Positions 21,569-24,000 of a DNA stretch of 24,000 nucleotides are shown one piece after another (within the stretch, counting starts at the first letter, position 1; the number at the start of each line of letters is the position of its first letter). The notes under the pieces were generated by a model, which ran no database searches, was not told the DNA's origin, and was given only the letters and a program-made list of their open reading frames with translations. The translations under genes were made by a program, and so were the position numbers. The DNA is from Stenotrophomonas phage RAS14: sequence record OP752703.1. One strand, 5' to 3'.

Positions 21569-21844
21569 TCAAGCGTTTTGTGAATCTTTCTTTCGTTCTT
21601 GCTCTACTTCCCAGCGTTCGATTGCCTGCTGGATTGAAGCCAGTGTAGCAGCATGAACGGAGGAATGCAATACATCAGGTGTTCCTTGTGGGGGTTTGGA
21701 GTGATACGCAGTTCCCCACTGGTCATCGATAATAGTCTGAACGATCCAGTCATTTACCGCGATTCGATAATGGGGAGCTTTCTTCTTTTTAACACAAATG
21801 AAGCCGTCTACTTTATTCAACAGGTCATCGATTGTCAATTCCAT
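21569..21844 (-). CDS. hypothetical protein
   Basis: 91-aa ORF. Confidence 0.7.
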   Translation of the reverse strand: MELTIDDLLNKVDGFICVKKKKAPHYRIAVNDWIVQTIIDDQWGTAYHSKPPQGTPDVLHSSVHAATLASIQQAIERWEVEQERKKDSQNA

Positions 21845-21874
21845 GTGGGCTAAATATCTTTAAAGGGAAATTTG

Positions 21875-22558
21875 ATGAAACTTGAACAGCTAGATCAGTG
21901 GTATGTGGAGTGCAAACACCACGTCAGTGGAACCGTTCGTGAAGTTGTAGAATACTGCATCGCTAACCAAATTACAAGCGCCAAAGTGATCGACGTGGGT
22001 AGCAATGTCGGTGGATTCGTAGAAGGACTATCTAACCACATAACAATCGAAGATGCAATACAGATCGAACCGATTGAAATGCTTAGAGAGTACGCTAAGA
22101 ACCTACACCCTGAGTATACCTACATCGGTAACCCTGTGTCAAACAAAGTGCAGACAGTTCATATCTACACCAATCCTGACTCGTTAAATCTTGGTACATC
22201 CAAGATCATGCCTAACCCGCCTGAGACAGACGTTCAAGCATACGAGACAACAACACTCACTATACTATCAAAGCAATTTGATTTCAAGGCCGACATTGTT
22301 AAAGTTGACGCAGAAGGCCATGACATTGAGTGTATCGACGGCTACCTAGAGTATCTACAGGAGACAGGTCATAGACCCGCTCTAATAACTATTGAAAGAA
22401 CGCGAGATATGGACTTCTCAGCCCTTCTCAGCGCCCTAGAGCTACTAGGCTACCGCATGACCTACCTCGGCCATCTGGATGCGTCTAGCGAGCTATTCTT
22501 CATTCCTAAAGACGCCAACAAATCTTATCACATGATCGAATACGAAAAAGGAGCCTAA
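21875..22558 (+). CDS. FkbM-family SAM-dependent methyltransferase
   Basis: SD-like AAAGGGAAA then ATG; VIDVGSNVG and DIVKVDAEGHD motifs; alternative TTG start at 21872. Confidence 0.88.
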   Translation: MKLEQLDQWYVECKHHVSGTVREVVEYCIANQITSAKVIDVGSNVGGFVEGLSNHITIEDAIQIEPIEMLREYAKNLHPEYTYIGNPVSNKVQTVHIYTNPDSLNLGTSKIMPNPPETDVQAYETTTLTILSKQFDFKADIVKVDAEGHDIECIDGYLEYLQETGHRPALITIERTRDMDFSALLSALELLGYRMTYLGHLDASSELFFIPKDANKSYHMIEYEKGA

Positions 22559-22570
22559 TGGCTCCTTTTT
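22545..22570. terminator. bidirectional terminator between convergent genes
   Basis: AAAAAGGAGCC-TAAT-GGCTCCTTTTT. Confidence 0.88.
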
Positions 22571-22572
22571 CT

Positions 22573-22875
22573 TTATAGCTTACCATCAATGATATCTTGC
22601 TTGCTACGTTCAGTGAATAGTGCATTCATCTTAGGTGCAGGCTTCTTCTTGATGGCCCAACGATCATTTACCACGTCTCGCTGTAGAATCCAATCGTTAC
22701 CACGGAAGGTGAAGTGTGTCAAGATAAGAATCTTGTTCTCACTTCCCTCAAAGTACATGCGATTGACTCTCACAGGAGTCTTTAGGTTAAAGGCCATGAA
22801 AGCCAGCAAGTCTCTACTTGCCTCGATATCCTTCATGGCCTTTGAATCGTCAGTGAAGTAACGATTCTCTTGCAT
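22573..22875 (-). CDS. hypothetical protein
   Basis: 100-aa ORF. Confidence 0.75.
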   Translation of the reverse strand: MQENRYFTDDSKAMKDIEASRDLLAFMAFNLKTPVRVNRMYFEGSENKILILTHFTFRGNDWILQRDVVNDRWAIKKKPAPKMNALFTERSKQDIIDGKL

Positions 22876-22876
22876 T

Positions 22877-23137
22877 TTACTTCTTAACGACTAGGATGCA
22901 GTCAGCAAATGCACGAACAAAGCTGCCAGTCTTAGCCGACTTGTAGGTAAAGCCGTCGCCCTCAATCGGGACAACCTTACCGGTTGAAACGTCTTCAAAG
23001 ATCACCTGACCACCGCTGTAGCACTTCACATCGGCCTGATCGCCATAAGCGAAGACGTTAGCGATTTCTGCATCAGTACAGCCAGACAGGGAAGCGGTAG
23101 CAGCAATTAGAGCAACAGCTAGAAAAGTCTTACGCAT
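22877..23137 (-). CDS. small lipoprotein, paralog 1
   Basis: Lipobox ASLSGC; shares GQVxFEDxxxGKVxPI and TG motifs with next ORF. Confidence 0.78.
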   Translation of the reverse strand: MRKTFLAVALIAATASLSGCTDAEIANVFAYGDQADVKCYSGGQVIFEDVSTGKVVPIEGDGFTYKSAKTGSFVRAFADCILVVKK

Positions 23138-23151
23138 TTTAAGTCCTTGAT

Positions 23152-23373
23152 TTAGTTAGGGATTTTCTCGCATTTCATTTCACTACCGGGAATGAGAGTG
23201 ACACGATTGCCAGTTTTCTTTGAAACATATTCATACCCATCGAAATCGATGGGGGTTACTTTACCAATTGCAGTATCTTCAAAAACTACTTGTCCTTTAA
23301 GGCGACATTCAACGCCTTCTTTAGTGCAGGCAGTTAGGGTGATGACAGCAGCAATTAGAATCATAGTCCGCAT
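23152..23373 (-). CDS. small lipoprotein, paralog 2
   Basis: Start MRTMILIAAVITLTACT; longer ORF extends toward tRNA-Tyr. Confidence 0.75.
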   Translation of the reverse strand: MRTMILIAAVITLTACTKEGVECRLKGQVVFEDTAIGKVTPIDFDGYEYVSKKTGNRVTLIPGSEMKCEKIPN

Positions 23374-23400
23374 GATATGTCTCTGTTTAGTTAGGGAAAT

Positions 23401-23486
23401 TGGTGGACAGGGTTGGATTCGAACCAACGTACCCCGAAGGGAGCAGATTTACAGTCTGCCGGTTTTAACCACTCACCCACCTGTCC
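23401..23486 (-). tRNA. tRNA-Tyr(GTA)
   Basis: Class II; GCAGA CTGTAAA TCTGC; CCA encoded. Confidence 0.94.
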
Positions 23487-23499
23487 GTGGATTCTTATT

Positions 23500-23823
23500 T
23501 TACCACCACCAGTGGATCAGAATCAATGCCTTTGGATCAATATCCGGCTTCTGTTCGGTGATGTATTGGATTGTAGCATGGTACTTGTCTTGTTTAACAA
23601 GCTTTTCCAGCGAAGAATGAATAATGTAACAATCGTTACCTAGTTCATATTCGTCCCACATTTTGCGGACTTCATCTTCAACTTCAATAGGACACGTGGA
23701 CCATTGAGCATCGAGATAGAAGACTTCACGGAAACCAGCGTTAACGTCATCCGGGTTAGGGGTGTCGTTCCACTTGTGGTGGTAACTGGAAGTCTTGCCA
23801 GACCATACAATCTTATCAGTCAT
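23500..23823 (-). CDS. hypothetical protein
   Basis: Likely start MTDKIVWSGKTSS. Confidence 0.75.
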   Translation of the reverse strand: MTDKIVWSGKTSSYHHKWNDTPNPDDVNAGFREVFYLDAQWSTCPIEVEDEVRKMWDEYELGNDCYIIHSSLEKLVKQDKYHATIQYITEQKPDIDPKALILIHWWW

Positions 23824-24000
23824 TTTATTTAGTTTACCAAATTGGAGGGTGAACTTCAATGTTATATACGTAATAATTAATTTCGTATAATTGACACTTG
23901 TGGATGAAATGTGATTCCAGCTTATGGATGGCATCCTGTTCGGATGTTGCCATTACAATACGAGTGATCGACGTTGTTACAGGTTTACACATGTAACGGT

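Overview
The window looks like the tRNA and accessory segment of a large tailed-phage genome. It is densely packed with short ORFs, almost all on the minus strand, and has no recognisable structural, replication or packaging genes. I support 23 cloverleaf tRNAs with standard anticodon loops. They include an initiator-type tRNA-fMet (C1:A72 mismatch) and a tRNA with anticodon CTA, a putative amber suppressor. Recognisable proteins are a GroES-like co-chaperonin, a superinfection-immunity-like membrane protein, a dCMP/CMP-deaminase-like enzyme, an HNH homing endonuclease, a FkbM-type methyltransferase (the only convincing plus-strand gene) and several small signal-peptide or lipoprotein ORFs. 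Two things stand out. (1) Interspersed with the normal tRNAs is a set of aberrant tRNA-like elements: D-armless, a 55-nt fMet-like minihelix with CAT loop and CCA end, a 50-nt CCA-terminated element, a tRNA with a ~60-nt insertion at the anticodon-arm position, a Pro tRNA locked in a ~16-bp extended stem, and elements with non-U33 or stop-type anticodons. (2) About 14.1-19.8 kb is ORF-poor and rich in inverted repeats. It carries consensus-like minus-strand sigma70 promoters and one boxA-like rRNA antitermination motif, suggesting several large structured non-coding RNAs. No database or folding program was used. Family names come from motif recognition, coordinates were hand-counted, and the tRNA-like elements could also be decaying tRNA genes.
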